Shown here one piece after another: positions 48,265 to 59,140 of a DNA stretch of 64,000 nucleotides. The notes under the pieces were generated by a model. That model saw nothing but the letters and a program-made list of their open reading frames with translations. It was not told where the DNA came from and ran no database searches. Made by a program: the position numbers and the translations under genes. The first letter of the stretch is position 1. Each line of letters begins with the position of its first letter. Source of the stretch: Acidimicrobiia bacterium (lineage in GTDB: Bacteria > Actinomycetota > Acidimicrobiia > Spongiisociales > JAOTWH01); the NCBI GenBank assembly GCA_036446035.1, contig JAZFSG010000046.1:5283-69282 (forward strand). Reading direction: 5' to 3'.

Positions 48265-49353
48265 TCAGGCCTCCGCCAGGGCCTGGGAGATCTCAGCCTC
48301 AACAGCAGCGTCCTTCTCGACCATGGCTCGAGCCCTCAATGCCGCTCGGGCCATTGGGCCACCAAGGGAACCAAGCGCCCAGGCGGCGTGGGACCGCAAC
48401 AGGTCGTCGGGGTGGCCCAGGAAACCCGCAGCAACCGCCACCGCCTCTCCGCCGCCGACATTCCCTAGCGCCACAAGGGAGTTGCGACGCAGAAAACGAG
48501 CATTGCGCTTTGGTACATAGAAGTGGGAGAAGCGCTCGAGCAAGGACCCGGCATCGGCACCGAGGAGCTGCAGCAGCTCATGGCGACCAGCACGCCGCGC
48601 GCTGTGCTCTTCGAGCGATCGCTGGCCCGGCGGGCATGCCTCGATGCAGTCGTCGCAGCCATACACGCGATCACCCATCGCTTGTCGAAGCTCGAGCGGG
48701 ATCGAACCCGGGGCCTGCGCCCAATAGGCGAGACAGAGGCGGGCGTCGAGGACCCCCGGGGCCACCAGCGCCCCTGTGGGGCAGGCAGGCAAGCAGGCCT
48801 CGCAGGTTCCACAATCTCTCTTCATCGGCGCGGACACATCCAGATCGGCGTCGGTCACCACCGAGCCGAGCAGCATCCACGGACCGACTCCCGGCGCCAG
48901 CACCATGGTGTTCTTCCCCCACCACCCGATCCCGGCCCGCACTGCCGCAGCACGATCGACCAACCGGTTGTCATCGATGAGGATCTCGGCGCGATGTCCC
49001 TCTGCCCGAAGAACGTCTGCGAGACGGGTCAATGCTCGCCGCAGGTCGGCGTAGTGCTCTTCGGTGGCGAAGCGGGCCACCCGCCCGCTTCCCGCGCTGG
49101 GCGGCCCCGGCGAGCCCGCGCGCTCCATATAGGACCAGGCCCCGACCACGAGTCGCTGCGCCCACCCGAAGGATCGAGTTATGTCCGTTGACGCCGGCTC
49201 GGCGTAAGTGAACCGAAGCCCGGCCGCCCTCCCAGACTCGTTGGCGTCTGCGATCGATTGTGCGGTCCCCGCGAACGGGGACGCGTCGCAGACGCCGTAG
49301 CCAACCAGTCCGGCCGACTCGGCAGTAGCACGCAGCACGGTGCCCAAGGCCAT
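48265..49353 (-). CDS. queG: tRNA epoxyqueuosine(34) reductase
   Basis: DUF1730 N-domain, a 4Fe-4S ferredoxin motif (CGTCEACLPACPTGAL), a second Cys cluster (CDDCIEACP), and C-terminal HEAT repeats. Confidence 0.85.
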   Translation of the reverse strand: MALGTVLRATAESAGLVGYGVCDASPFAGTAQSIADANESGRAAGLRFTYAEPASTDITRSFGWAQRLVVGAWSYMERAGSPGPPSAGSGRVARFATEEHYADLRRALTRLADVLRAEGHRAEILIDDNRLVDRAAAVRAGIGWWGKNTMVLAPGVGPWMLLGSVVTDADLDVSAPMKRDCGTCEACLPACPTGALVAPGVLDARLCLAYWAQAPGSIPLELRQAMGDRVYGCDDCIEACPPGQRSLEEHSARRAGRHELLQLLGADAGSLLERFSHFYVPKRNARFLRRNSLVALGNVGGGEAVAVAAGFLGHPDDLLRSHAAWALGSLGGPMARAALRARAMVEKDAAVEAEISQALAEA

Positions 49354-49465
49354 CTCGTGAGCGTATACGGCGCCGGTGAGGGGCTGCCGTCGAGCACCGG
49401 GTGCGACCGAGCGAAGGGCCCGCTATTGCCCTCCGCTCGGTCTACCGGCTGAGCGACGCCGCTCC

Positions 49466-49672
49466 CTACCCGACCGCGGCGTCGCGTTCGTCGCTGCGCT
49501 GGATAAGGCGCAGCGGCGAAACCAATCCGGCATCGGCGAGGATGTCAAGAGCCTCTGCCTGATCCGGATCCACTTCTAGAGGACCACTGAGGTCACGCAG
49601 CACATGCGTCACGACGCAGTCCTGGCAGACTTCGGTGTGCTGCTGGGAGCAGTTGTTGCAGTCGATGAACAT
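49466..49672 (-). CDS. small CxxC-x7-CxxC zinc-binding protein (68 aa)
   Basis: MFIDCNNCSQQHTEVCQDCVVTHV... with a GGAGG Shine-Dalgarno 7 nt upstream. It forms the 3' part of the ORF-track ORF 49466-50755, whose upstream portion is antisense to gnd. Confidence 0.55.
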   Translation of the reverse strand: MFIDCNNCSQQHTEVCQDCVVTHVLRDLSGPLEVDPDQAEALDILADAGLVSPLRLIQRSDERDAAVG

Positions 49673-49780
49673 CGTGGCCTCCGTGTCTTCTCTATCTACT
49701 GGCACCGTAGGAACCGGGTGTGACAGAAACCGCCGGAAGTGAGATGTGGCGTAGCATCGGGGGTCTTCAGCGGGAGAGAC

Positions 49781-51222
49781 ATGACACAAGGCGCCGATAT
49801 CGGCCTCATCGGGCTGGCCGTGATGGGTCAGAATCTGGTGCTCAACATGGCCGACCACGGCTACACGGTTGCCGTCTACAACAGGACCAAGGAACGCACC
49901 GACGAGTTCTTGGCGGGGCCTGCCAGCGGAACCAGCGTCATCGGAGCCTCGAGCCTCGATGAGCTGGTGACCACTCTCACTCCGCCTCGTCGAGTGATGA
50001 TGTTGATCCGCGCCGGCGATGGCGTCGATGCCGTCATCGATCAGCTGATACCCCTCCTCGACCCAGGCGACGTGATCATCGACGCCGGCAACTCCCTCTA
50101 CACCGACACGATCCGCCGGGCGGCTCGAGTCGAGCGAGAGGGCATGTTCTACGTTGGCACCGGAATCTCGGGCGGTGAGGAGGGTGCTCGTCACGGCCCG
50201 TCCTTGATGCCCGGCGGGTCGCCTGGCGCATGGCCGCTCATCAAGGAGATCTTCCAGGACATCGCCGCCAAGCTCTCCGACGGGACTCCGGCCAGCGATT
50301 GGGTGGGAAGCGACGGTGCCGGCCACTTCACCAAGATGGTCCACAACGGCATCGAGTACGGCGACATGCAGCTCATCGCCGAGGCCTACCACCTGATGAC
50401 AGCGGGACTGGGCATGGACCCGGAGTCCCTCGCGCAGGCGTTCGCTTCGTGGAATGCCGAGAAACTCGAGTCGTACCTGATCGAGATCACTGCCGAGATC
50501 ATGGGTCACCGCGAGGACGGCGACCTGGTTCTCGACACCATCCTGGACGCAGCCGGTCAAAAGGGCACCGGTAAATGGACCGTCATCTCCTCGATGGAGC
50601 TGGGGTCGCCGACGCCGCTGGTCGCCGAAGCCGTCTACGCCCGGATCCTGTCTTCGCACAAGGACCTGCGAGCGGAGGCGGCAGCGACCCTCGGGGCTCC
50701 TGCCGTCTCGCCGATCGATTCGGCAACAGCGTCTGACATACGCGACGCTTTGCACGCCTCAAAGATCGTTTCCTATGCACAGGGATTCATGCTGCTGGCC
50801 GATGCTGCCGCCGAACATGGGTGGGATCTCGACTTCTCCTCGATCGCAACGATGTGGGCAGGCGGCACCATCATCCGTTCCTCCTTCCTCGCTGAGGTCC
50901 GTCGGGCCTTTGGCACCGAGCCCTCTCTCGAGAACCTGCTCCTCAGCCAATACTTCGCCGGTGAGGTCACGACCGCCGAGGACGGTTGGCGGCGGGTCGT
51001 CGGCGCCGCAGTTGGGGCTTCGCTGCCGACCCCGGCGTTGGGCTCGGCGCTGGCCTTCTACGACGGCTTCAGAACGCAACGCCTGCCGGCCAACCTGATA
51101 CAAGCGCAACGCGACTACTTCGGCGCCCATACCTATGAGCGTGTCGACCGACCCCGTGGCGAGTTCTTCCACAGCGATTGGACTGGCGCCGGTGGACCCG
51201 CCACTGCCGGCAGCTATCAGGC

Positions 51223-51226
<4 letters not shown>
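49781..51226 (+). CDS. gnd: 6-phosphogluconate dehydrogenase (decarboxylating)
   Basis: IGLIGLAVMGQNLVLN NADP-binding start and the GNSLY, GTGISGGEEGAR and KMVHNGIEYGDMQLI motifs. Confidence 0.95.
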
Positions 51227-52617
<1,391 letters not shown>

Positions 52618-52701
52618 GAGCGTGATGAGCAATCCACTCGCGAGCTGGCAACCGATGACGATCTTCCTCATCAACAAGGCAGCGGCTCGTAGCACGAGTC
52701 A

Positions 52702-53121
52702 TTGGTCAGCATGCTCCTAGCTCGGGAGCGCTTTGCCGACGCTCCCGTAGCAGTCCTGGCCACGGTCAGCCAAGAGGGGTCACCACGGCTGGTACCCGTC
52801 ACTTTCGCCATCGTCGACGACCGTGCATTCATAGCGGTCGACCACAAGCCGAAGACGACGCGGCGACTCGCCCGTCTCAGCGACATCGAGAGCGACCCGC
52901 GGGTGAGCCTGTTGGCTCAGCACTACGAAGACGACTGGACCCGGCTGTGGTGGGTAAGAGCAACCGGAACAGCGGCGATTCGAGACGACGAGCACGCCGT
53001 GGCCGCTGCCGGGAAGTTGCTCGGCACTAAGTACCCCCAGTACCGCGAACACACTCCGGACGGCCCCATCATCGACGTCGCCATTCGCTCCTGGCGATCT
53101 TGGGAAGCCGATCCCACCTAG
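52702..53121 (+). CDS. pyridoxamine 5'-phosphate oxidase family protein (PPOX-class, possibly F420-dependent)
   Basis: A ~135-aa split-barrel protein with the ATVSQEGSPRLVPV...RVSLL pattern. Confidence 0.65.
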   Translation: MVSMLLARERFADAPVAVLATVSQEGSPRLVPVTFAIVDDRAFIAVDHKPKTTRRLARLSDIESDPRVSLLAQHYEDDWTRLWWVRATGTAAIRDDEHAVAAAGKLLGTKYPQYREHTPDGPIIDVAIRSWRSWEADPT

Positions 53122-53136
53122 TCACGAGTCAGAGCA

Positions 53137-54519
53137 TCAGCGGACATCAGGCGCCGCCGCTAGCGCTCCGATGCCGGTTCCCCATTCGGCGTCTGCCAGC
53201 GCGATCGCCTGGACCGCCTTCTCCGAGCTCAACTTGCCCGGCTGCGGGTTACGGAGCCTGAGGCGCAGATAGCTGCCCTGGGGTCCGGGACCCAGCGTCA
53301 GCGTGCCGTCTGCATTCTCTCCGTCGTCGTGGGCGAAGCGGCATGTATCGTCCTCGAAGACGACTCCGGCGCTGCGCTCCTCCGTGACTTGGCCATCGAG
53401 CGGCGCCCCAAAGCCTCCACTCCGCTTCTCGTCTGCGACCTCGGTGACCTGTCGCTCCAGCTCGCGGGCGCGGTAATCGAGGTCCTCTCCTTCGACGATG
53501 TTGAGATGGAGGTGGTACAGGGGTGCCTCGAAGTGTTGTTGCAGAGTCCCCAGGCCCACTGAGAATCTCGCATTGAGCTCCGTCGGGCGCCACCCCTCCG
53601 ACGTCAATACGCCGTCGAGGTTGTAGGCGCCCCGGTAGCCGACCGAGTCTCGCAGGTGTTCACCGACTCCGACGGCTGCCCGGCGCATCGTCTGACGATC
53701 AGCGTCTGGCGGATCCCACGTGGTCGCCGCGCCGGCATAGAACAGCTCGGCCGAATCCGGCCGACGCAGGATGATCAACTCGACGGGACGGAAGGTGATG
53801 ACTTCGTCTCCAACGATGATCCCGTGGATGGAACACGGGACGCCATCGAGGAAAGGCATCACCCGGACTCGATCGCAGTGGTCCTCGAAGAAGGCTGTGG
53901 CTTGGGCCGCTGACTCTTCGTCCCGCACCCATCGCGTGTAGCTGGCGCCGCCGTGCCATCCTTCCCGATTGTCGCCTGCCCACACGGTTCCCATACCGCG
54001 GTCGTGATCGCGGGCCGCCTTCTTGAGGTCATGGCTCGAGGCGGCCGCGATAGCTGACGGGGCTCTCACCACGCCGGCGCGGTCCCATATCTGATCAGCG
54101 CTCAGCTTGTCCTCGAGCTCCGCCCACGCCGCCGGCCGCGTCCCGTAACACTCTCTACCTGCGACCGCATGATCGACGGCAACGACCGTCCGCAACACCC
54201 GGGCCGACCGGTCGGGGTCGAACGCGTCGACGGCCGCCACTACATCGGCGGGAAGATCGACCAAGGCCCGCTCGAAGTTGCGAATGCCGTTCATGATCGT
54301 GTCGGCGGAGATGCCTAACACCTTCCACGAGGCAAACCCCGGTGGCGGTGGATCGCCCGTGCCACGGCTGCCCGCGATGACGAAGAGACCCTCTGCACCA
54401 TGTCGAATCATGCGCTCCGCGAGCCGGTCGAGTCCGCCCAAGACGTCTAACGCCGCTACCCAGCGACGACCCTTGACGGTGGATGCCACCAACTCGTCCC
54501 AGTACGCAGCCGTCGCCAT
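53137..54519 (-). CDS. hypothetical protein, possible ATP-grasp fold (460 aa)
   Basis: High GC3. The central region HGGASYTRWVRDEESAAQATAFFEDHCDRVRVMPFLDGVPCSIHGIIVGDEVITFRPVEL resembles ATP-grasp B/C-domain patterns, but the P-loop-like motif was not confirmed. Confidence 0.45.
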   Translation of the reverse strand: MATAAYWDELVASTVKGRRWVAALDVLGGLDRLAERMIRHGAEGLFVIAGSRGTGDPPPPGFASWKVLGISADTIMNGIRNFERALVDLPADVVAAVDAFDPDRSARVLRTVVAVDHAVAGRECYGTRPAAWAELEDKLSADQIWDRAGVVRAPSAIAAASSHDLKKAARDHDRGMGTVWAGDNREGWHGGASYTRWVRDEESAAQATAFFEDHCDRVRVMPFLDGVPCSIHGIIVGDEVITFRPVELIILRRPDSAELFYAGAATTWDPPDADRQTMRRAAVGVGEHLRDSVGYRGAYNLDGVLTSEGWRPTELNARFSVGLGTLQQHFEAPLYHLHLNIVEGEDLDYRARELERQVTEVADEKRSGGFGAPLDGQVTEERSAGVVFEDDTCRFAHDDGENADGTLTLGPGPQGSYLRLRLRNPQPGKLSSEKAVQAIALADAEWGTGIGALAAAPDVR

Positions 54520-54527
54520 GGATCGAC

Positions 54528-54600
54528 CCTACGTGTCTCGACCTCGCTGCGCTCGGCCCAAAGCCAAAGCCCAAAGCTTTCTTGCTACAACTCCCCCATG
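54528..54600. repeat. intergenic mosaic repeat locus 1: 18-nt core ACCTCGCTGCGCTCGGCC + (CCCAAAG)x3 + CTCCCCC tail
   Basis: Read directly: gacctcgctgcgctcggcccaaagccaaagcccaaagctttcttgctacaactccccc, lying between the ATP-grasp-like gene and the DUF983 gene. Confidence 0.6.
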
Positions 54601-54969
54601 ACGGCAACGCCTCTCCGCATGCTGGCCCGTGGTGCAACGAAACGCTGTGCCCGCTGTGGCTCTGGCGAGCTCTTTCGTCGCTGGTTCCGCATCGTGGAGG
54701 ACTGCCCGCGCTGCGGTCTGCACTTCGAACGCGAGGAGGGGTACTGGACGGGCGCCATGATGGTCAATTTGGCGGTCACCGAGGTTGTATTCCTGGCTCT
54801 GTTCGTCGGCCTGGCCGTCGCCTGGTGGCCGGACCCACCCTGGGGTCGCATGTTCGTCATCCTGGTTGCGGTCAACGCGTTCCTGCCCATCGCCTTCTAC
54901 CCGTTCTCGAAGACGCTGTGGATCGCCGGCGACCTGAGCTTCCGATCGCTCACCCGGGAGCCCGACTGA
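54598..54969 (+). CDS. DUF983 domain protein (zinc-ribbon membrane protein)
   Basis: CARCGSGELF...CPRCGLHFEREEGYW followed by two TM helices is typical of DUF983. Confidence 0.75.
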   Translation: MTATPLRMLARGATKRCARCGSGELFRRWFRIVEDCPRCGLHFEREEGYWTGAMMVNLAVTEVVFLALFVGLAVAWWPDPPWGRMFVILVAVNAFLPIAFYPFSKTLWIAGDLSFRSLTREPD

Positions 54970-54991
54970 CGGCGATAGATTCAGCGACGCG

Positions 54992-56110
54992 ATGCAGCTA
55001 GCCGTTCACCGAGAAGCCAACCCAAGCGAACGTCGCGTCGCGGTTACCCCGCGCATAGCATCGCTCCTCGCCACCAGGGACATCGAGGTCGTGGTGGCGT
55101 CCGGCGCAGGTGATCGAGCCGGTTTCTCCAACGAGACCTACCTGCAGGCAGGGGCGACGGTCATGGAGAACCCAAGCGGCGACGTCAACGTGTTGGTCGG
55201 TCCTCCACCTCCTGAACAGATCGAGGGCTTGCCGGAAGGGAGCGTCGTCATCGGCTTCCTCGACCCCTTCACCAACACCGACCTGCTGACGGCGATCACG
55301 GCCAAGAAGCTCACCGCCATCGCCTTCGAAGCCGTACCCCGGACCACGCTGGCTCAGATGATGGACGCGCTCTCGTCACAGGCAACAGCCGCCGGCTACG
55401 CCGCTGTGTTGAAGGGAGCCGCCGCGGCCTCTCACTTCTTGCCGATGCTCACTACCGCTGCCGGAACCATCCCTCCGGCCAAGGTCCTGGTGCTGGGGAC
55501 GGGCGTCGCCGGTCTCCAGGCCATCGCCACTGCGAAGCGTCTTGGCGCGGTTACCTCGGCTTACGACATCCGTCCCGAGGCCCGGGAACAGGTGGAGAGC
55601 CTTGGCGCCCGGTTCGTCGCCGCCCCCACGGCTGAGGACGCCGCGACGGAAGGCGGCTACGCCAAAGAGGTTGCCGCCGACATGCAGCAGCTCCAGCTGG
55701 CGGCCCTGGCGCCGGTCGTCGCCGAGTCCGATCTCGTGATCGCCACCGCTCAGATTCCCGGAAGGCCCGCTCCCCTTCTCGTAACCACGGAGATGGTGGC
55801 TGCGATGCGGCCGGGTTCCGCCATCGTCGACATCGCAGCATCAACGGGGGGCAATTGCGAAGTGACCGTTGCCGACGAGGAGATCGACATCAACGGCGTC
55901 ACCGTTCTCGGCCCAACCGATCTCGCCAGCCGCGTCGCCACCGACGCCTCGGAGATGTACGCCCGTAATCTCGCATCCATGCTCGAGCTCCTGGTTGTCG
56001 ACGGAGACCTCACCATCGACCTCGACAACGAGATCGTGGCGGGAGCCTGCGTCGCCCATGCCGGTGAAGTCAGGCACGCGTTGTCGCGTAAGGCGATGGG
56101 GATCGAATGA
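54992..56110 (+). CDS. pntA: NAD(P) transhydrogenase subunit alpha, part 1 (dI domain)
   Basis: Alanine-dehydrogenase/PNT N- and C-domains with the LVLGTGVAGLQAI Rossmann motif. Confidence 0.9.
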   Translation: MQLAVHREANPSERRVAVTPRIASLLATRDIEVVVASGAGDRAGFSNETYLQAGATVMENPSGDVNVLVGPPPPEQIEGLPEGSVVIGFLDPFTNTDLLTAITAKKLTAIAFEAVPRTTLAQMMDALSSQATAAGYAAVLKGAAAASHFLPMLTTAAGTIPPAKVLVLGTGVAGLQAIATAKRLGAVTSAYDIRPEAREQVESLGARFVAAPTAEDAATEGGYAKEVAADMQQLQLAALAPVVAESDLVIATAQIPGRPAPLLVTTEMVAAMRPGSAIVDIAASTGGNCEVTVADEEIDINGVTVLGPTDLASRVATDASEMYARNLASMLELLVVDGDLTIDLDNEIVAGACVAHAGEVRHALSRKAMGIE

Positions 56111-56397
56111 GCCCACTCATCATCGGGATCACTGTTTTCGTACTGGCGACCTTCGTCGGTATTGAGGTCATCTCCAAAGTGCCGCCGACCTTGCACACCC
56201 CGCTGATGTCTGGCGCCAACGCCATCTCGGGCGTCACCATCGTCGGAGCGGTGACTGCCGCCGGCTTTGGGTCTGGCGGCGTCGCCACCGTCCTTGGGTT
56301 CCTAGCGGTCGCCACAGCCACCATCAATGTGGTCGGCGGCTTTCTCGTCACCGACCGCATGCTCGGCATGTTCCGGCGCCCGAAGAGGGACCAGTGA
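56107..56397 (+). CDS. NAD(P) transhydrogenase subunit alpha, part 2 (membrane dII)
   Basis: A 96-aa three-TM protein. ATGA overlap with pntAA and GTGA-type coupling into pntB. Confidence 0.85.
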   Translation: MSPLIIGITVFVLATFVGIEVISKVPPTLHTPLMSGANAISGVTIVGAVTAAGFGSGGVATVLGFLAVATATINVVGGFLVTDRMLGMFRRPKRDQ

Positions 56398-57767
56398 CCG
56401 AACTCCTCTATCTGGCCTGCGCTGCCGCCTTCATCATCGGGCTAAAGCGGCTGGGGTCGCCACGCACGGCGAGGGCCGGGAACCTGCTGGCTGCTATCGG
56501 CATGCTTGGCGCCATCGTCATAACCCTCATCGACCAGGACATTGTTGACTGGGGCATCGTGATCGCCGGGCTTGTCGTCGGCGGCGTCTTGGGAGGTGTC
56601 GCCGCGGTACGGGTCAAGATGACATCGATGCCCGAGATGGTTGCGGCGTTCAACGGCTTCGGCGGGGTGGCGTCTGCACTGGTGGCGCTTTCCGAGTTCG
56701 TGCGGGTAGACGATGCCGCAGGCTTCGCCAACGAGACGGTCGTCACCATCGCTCTTTCCGTGCTCATCGGTTCGGTCACGTTCTCCGGGAGCTTCGTTGC
56801 CTTTGGCAAGCTGCAGGGCCTCATCCCCGGCCGCCCCCTCACCTACCCGGGACAGCAGATAGTCAACGGGACGCTGGCCGCCTCCGCCATCGCCGTTGGC
56901 ACGTGGGCCGTCATCGAGCGCACCGAGGTCGCCTACTGGCTCCTTGCGGCGATAACTCTCGTCCTCGGGATCGTCCTGGTGCTCCCCATCGGTGGAGCCG
57001 ACATGCCGGTTGTCATCTCGCTGCTCAACTCGTTGTCTGGCCTTGCGGCCTCGGCTGCTGGTTTCGTCATCTCCAACACGGCGCTGATCATCGGCGGAGC
57101 TCTCGTCGGCTCTGCAGGATTGATCCTCACGATGCTCATGACGGAAGCCATGAACCGCCCTCTCTCCAACGTGCTCTTCGGCGCATTCGGTACGGGAGAC
57201 AGCACCGGCACCAGTGGTCTCACCATGTCCGACAAGCCGGTGAAGCGAGCGACCGCCGCCGACCTCGCCATCTCATTGAGCTACGCCCAATCTGTCGTCA
57301 TCGTGCCCGGCTACGGCCTTGCCGTTGCCCAGGCGCAGCACGCCACCCGCGCCCTGGCCGACGCTCTCGAGGAGCAGGGCATCAGGGTCACATACGCCAT
57401 CCATCCGGTCGCTGGAAGGATGCCGGGACATATGAACGTCCTACTGGCCGAGGCCGACGTCCCCTACGACCTGCTGCTCGATCTGGACCAGGCCAATGCC
57501 GAGCTCGCGGCGGCCGACGTTGCGCTCATCGTCGGTGCCAACGACGTCGTCAATCCGTCCGCTCGCGATGACTCGGATAGCCCGATCTACGGCATGCCGA
57601 TCCTTGAGGTCGACCATGCGCAGACCGTCGTCGTGGTCAAGAGGTCGCTGTCCCCCGGCTTCGCCGGAATCGACAACCCACTCTTTTACGAAGATCGCAC
57701 GATGATGTTCTTCTCCGACGCCAAAGAGGCCCTCGAGGGCACTGTCGTCGCCTTGGCCGAGCTGTAA
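56394..57767 (+). CDS. pntB: NAD(P) transhydrogenase subunit beta
   Basis: Nine N-terminal TM helices and a C-terminal dIII NADP(H)-binding domain (VIVPGYGLAVAQAQH, GANDVVNP). Confidence 0.9.
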   Translation: MTELLYLACAAAFIIGLKRLGSPRTARAGNLLAAIGMLGAIVITLIDQDIVDWGIVIAGLVVGGVLGGVAAVRVKMTSMPEMVAAFNGFGGVASALVALSEFVRVDDAAGFANETVVTIALSVLIGSVTFSGSFVAFGKLQGLIPGRPLTYPGQQIVNGTLAASAIAVGTWAVIERTEVAYWLLAAITLVLGIVLVLPIGGADMPVVISLLNSLSGLAASAAGFVISNTALIIGGALVGSAGLILTMLMTEAMNRPLSNVLFGAFGTGDSTGTSGLTMSDKPVKRATAADLAISLSYAQSVVIVPGYGLAVAQAQHATRALADALEEQGIRVTYAIHPVAGRMPGHMNVLLAEADVPYDLLLDLDQANAELAAADVALIVGANDVVNPSARDDSDSPIYGMPILEVDHAQTVVVVKRSLSPGFAGIDNPLFYEDRTMMFFSDAKEALEGTVVALAEL

Positions 57768-57774
57768 CGGGGCG

Positions 57775-58365
57775 ATGGATTTCACCGACGTCGTCCGTAA
57801 GCGGCGCATGGTGCGCAACTACAGCGACGAACCGGTTTCAGACGACTCCCTCGAACGCATCCTCGCCGCCGGTCGCAAGGCGCCATCCGCCGGCTTCAGC
57901 CAGGGGCACGGCTTCGTCGTCGTGCGCGACCCCGACAAGCGCCAGGCCATCGCCGAACTCGCAGACGAGCAGAGCTACGTCGCCGCCGGCTACGACCCGT
58001 GGATCAGCAAGGCCCCGGTCCTTATCATCCTGACCGTTCGCGAAGCGAGCTATCACGAGCGCTACCGCGAGCCAGACAAGACCCAAGACGACGGTTCCGA
58101 GATCGAGTGGCCGGTCCCCTTCTGGTGGGTTGACTCCGGGGCTGCCATGCAGAACCTGTTGCTGGCGACTGTCAACGAGGGCCTCGCCGCCGGCATTCTC
58201 GGTGCCCACTCCACCGGCGGCCTCAAGGATCTTCTCGCCATACCGCAGGACGTCGCCATCGTCGGCATCGTGACCATCGGGCACCCGGCACCGGACCGGA
58301 GGTCGAGCTCGCTAAAGCGCGGCTGGCGCGATACGTCTGAGGTCATCCACCGCGAGAAGTGGTAG
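57775..58365 (+). CDS. nitroreductase family protein
   Basis: RRMVRNYSDEPVSDDSLERILAAGRKAPSAG is the nitroreductase N-terminal signature. 196 aa. Confidence 0.8.
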   Translation: MDFTDVVRKRRMVRNYSDEPVSDDSLERILAAGRKAPSAGFSQGHGFVVVRDPDKRQAIAELADEQSYVAAGYDPWISKAPVLIILTVREASYHERYREPDKTQDDGSEIEWPVPFWWVDSGAAMQNLLLATVNEGLAAGILGAHSTGGLKDLLAIPQDVAIVGIVTIGHPAPDRRSSSLKRGWRDTSEVIHREKW

Positions 58366-58584
58366 CGACTACCAAAGCCGGCATCTCCCGGCGTGTGCCC
58401 AGCACCGAGGGTTACACTCGGTTCACAGAGTGCGCCTGAAGCGCACAACGCCCGCTCCGCCTTCTCTTCCGTCTGGCGACAGCACCGCAGGGAGTCTTCG
58501 TCGCCGCCCACTCGGTCGGCCCCGAAAACACATCCAGTGGGGCGCATAGTCACCGACGGTTAGAAGCTTCCAAAGGAGCAAACC

Positions 58585-58839
58585 ATGTCCAGCAATCTCT
58601 ACGTAGGGAACTTGACGTTCGACACCACGTCGGACGATCTCGAGACCCTCTTCGCCCAGCACGGCAGCGTCACTAAGGCCCAGGTCATCACCGACCGTGA
58701 TACCGGCAGGTCGCGCGGCTTCGGCTTCGTTGAGATGTCATCGAGTGACGAGGCAACTGCAGCCATCGACGCCCTCAACGGCCACAACGTCGACGGACGG
58801 GACCTCACGGTCAACGTCGCCAAGGAGCGCTCACGCTGA
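58585..58839 (+). CDS. RNA-binding protein with a single RRM domain (84 aa)
   Basis: RNP2 (LYVGNL) and RNP1 (RGFGFVEM) motifs. AAAGGAG Shine-Dalgarno upstream and a ~200-nt 5' UTR. Confidence 0.9.
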   Translation: MSSNLYVGNLTFDTTSDDLETLFAQHGSVTKAQVITDRDTGRSRGFGFVEMSSSDEATAAIDALNGHNVDGRDLTVNVAKERSR

Positions 58840-59018
58840 AGGCCGACTCGATCCGCGATGGCGGCAGGCGACGCTGCAAGGGGTGTGGGCATCCGCGCAC
58901 CGAGCACCATGGCAAAGAGGGTTGCACCGTTCCTAAGTGCGACTGCCATGACTACGCCGAAGCCGCGGCACCTGGTGAGAAGGCGACTAAGAACTGACTC
59001 TCTTCTTTCCCTGACCGA

Positions 59019-59060
59019 GAACACCGGTGGTTTGTAGCCGCCGGTGTTTCTCTGTTTAGT
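59019..59060 (+). terminator. intrinsic terminator hairpin (AACACCGG-13 nt loop-CCGGTGTT followed by TCTCTGTTT)
   Basis: An 8-bp GC-rich stem followed by a T-rich tract, ~180 nt downstream of the RRM gene stop and directly after the zinc-ribbon-like frame that ends at 58997. Confidence 0.6.
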
Positions 59061-59140
59061 GAGCCTTCGGTTCGCCTTACTCGGCACCTCCCCCTTGGAT
59101 CGGGCCTCGCCACAATCAGATGAACGCGGTCGACCGTCGT

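Noticed and set aside
58856-59035. Frame-A ORF MAAGDAARGVGIRAPSTMAKRV... downstream of the RRM gene
   Set aside because: It has an ATG start but poor GC3 (~63%) and A/T-ending rare codons. The overlapping -1 frame has the coding-like signal instead (see finding).
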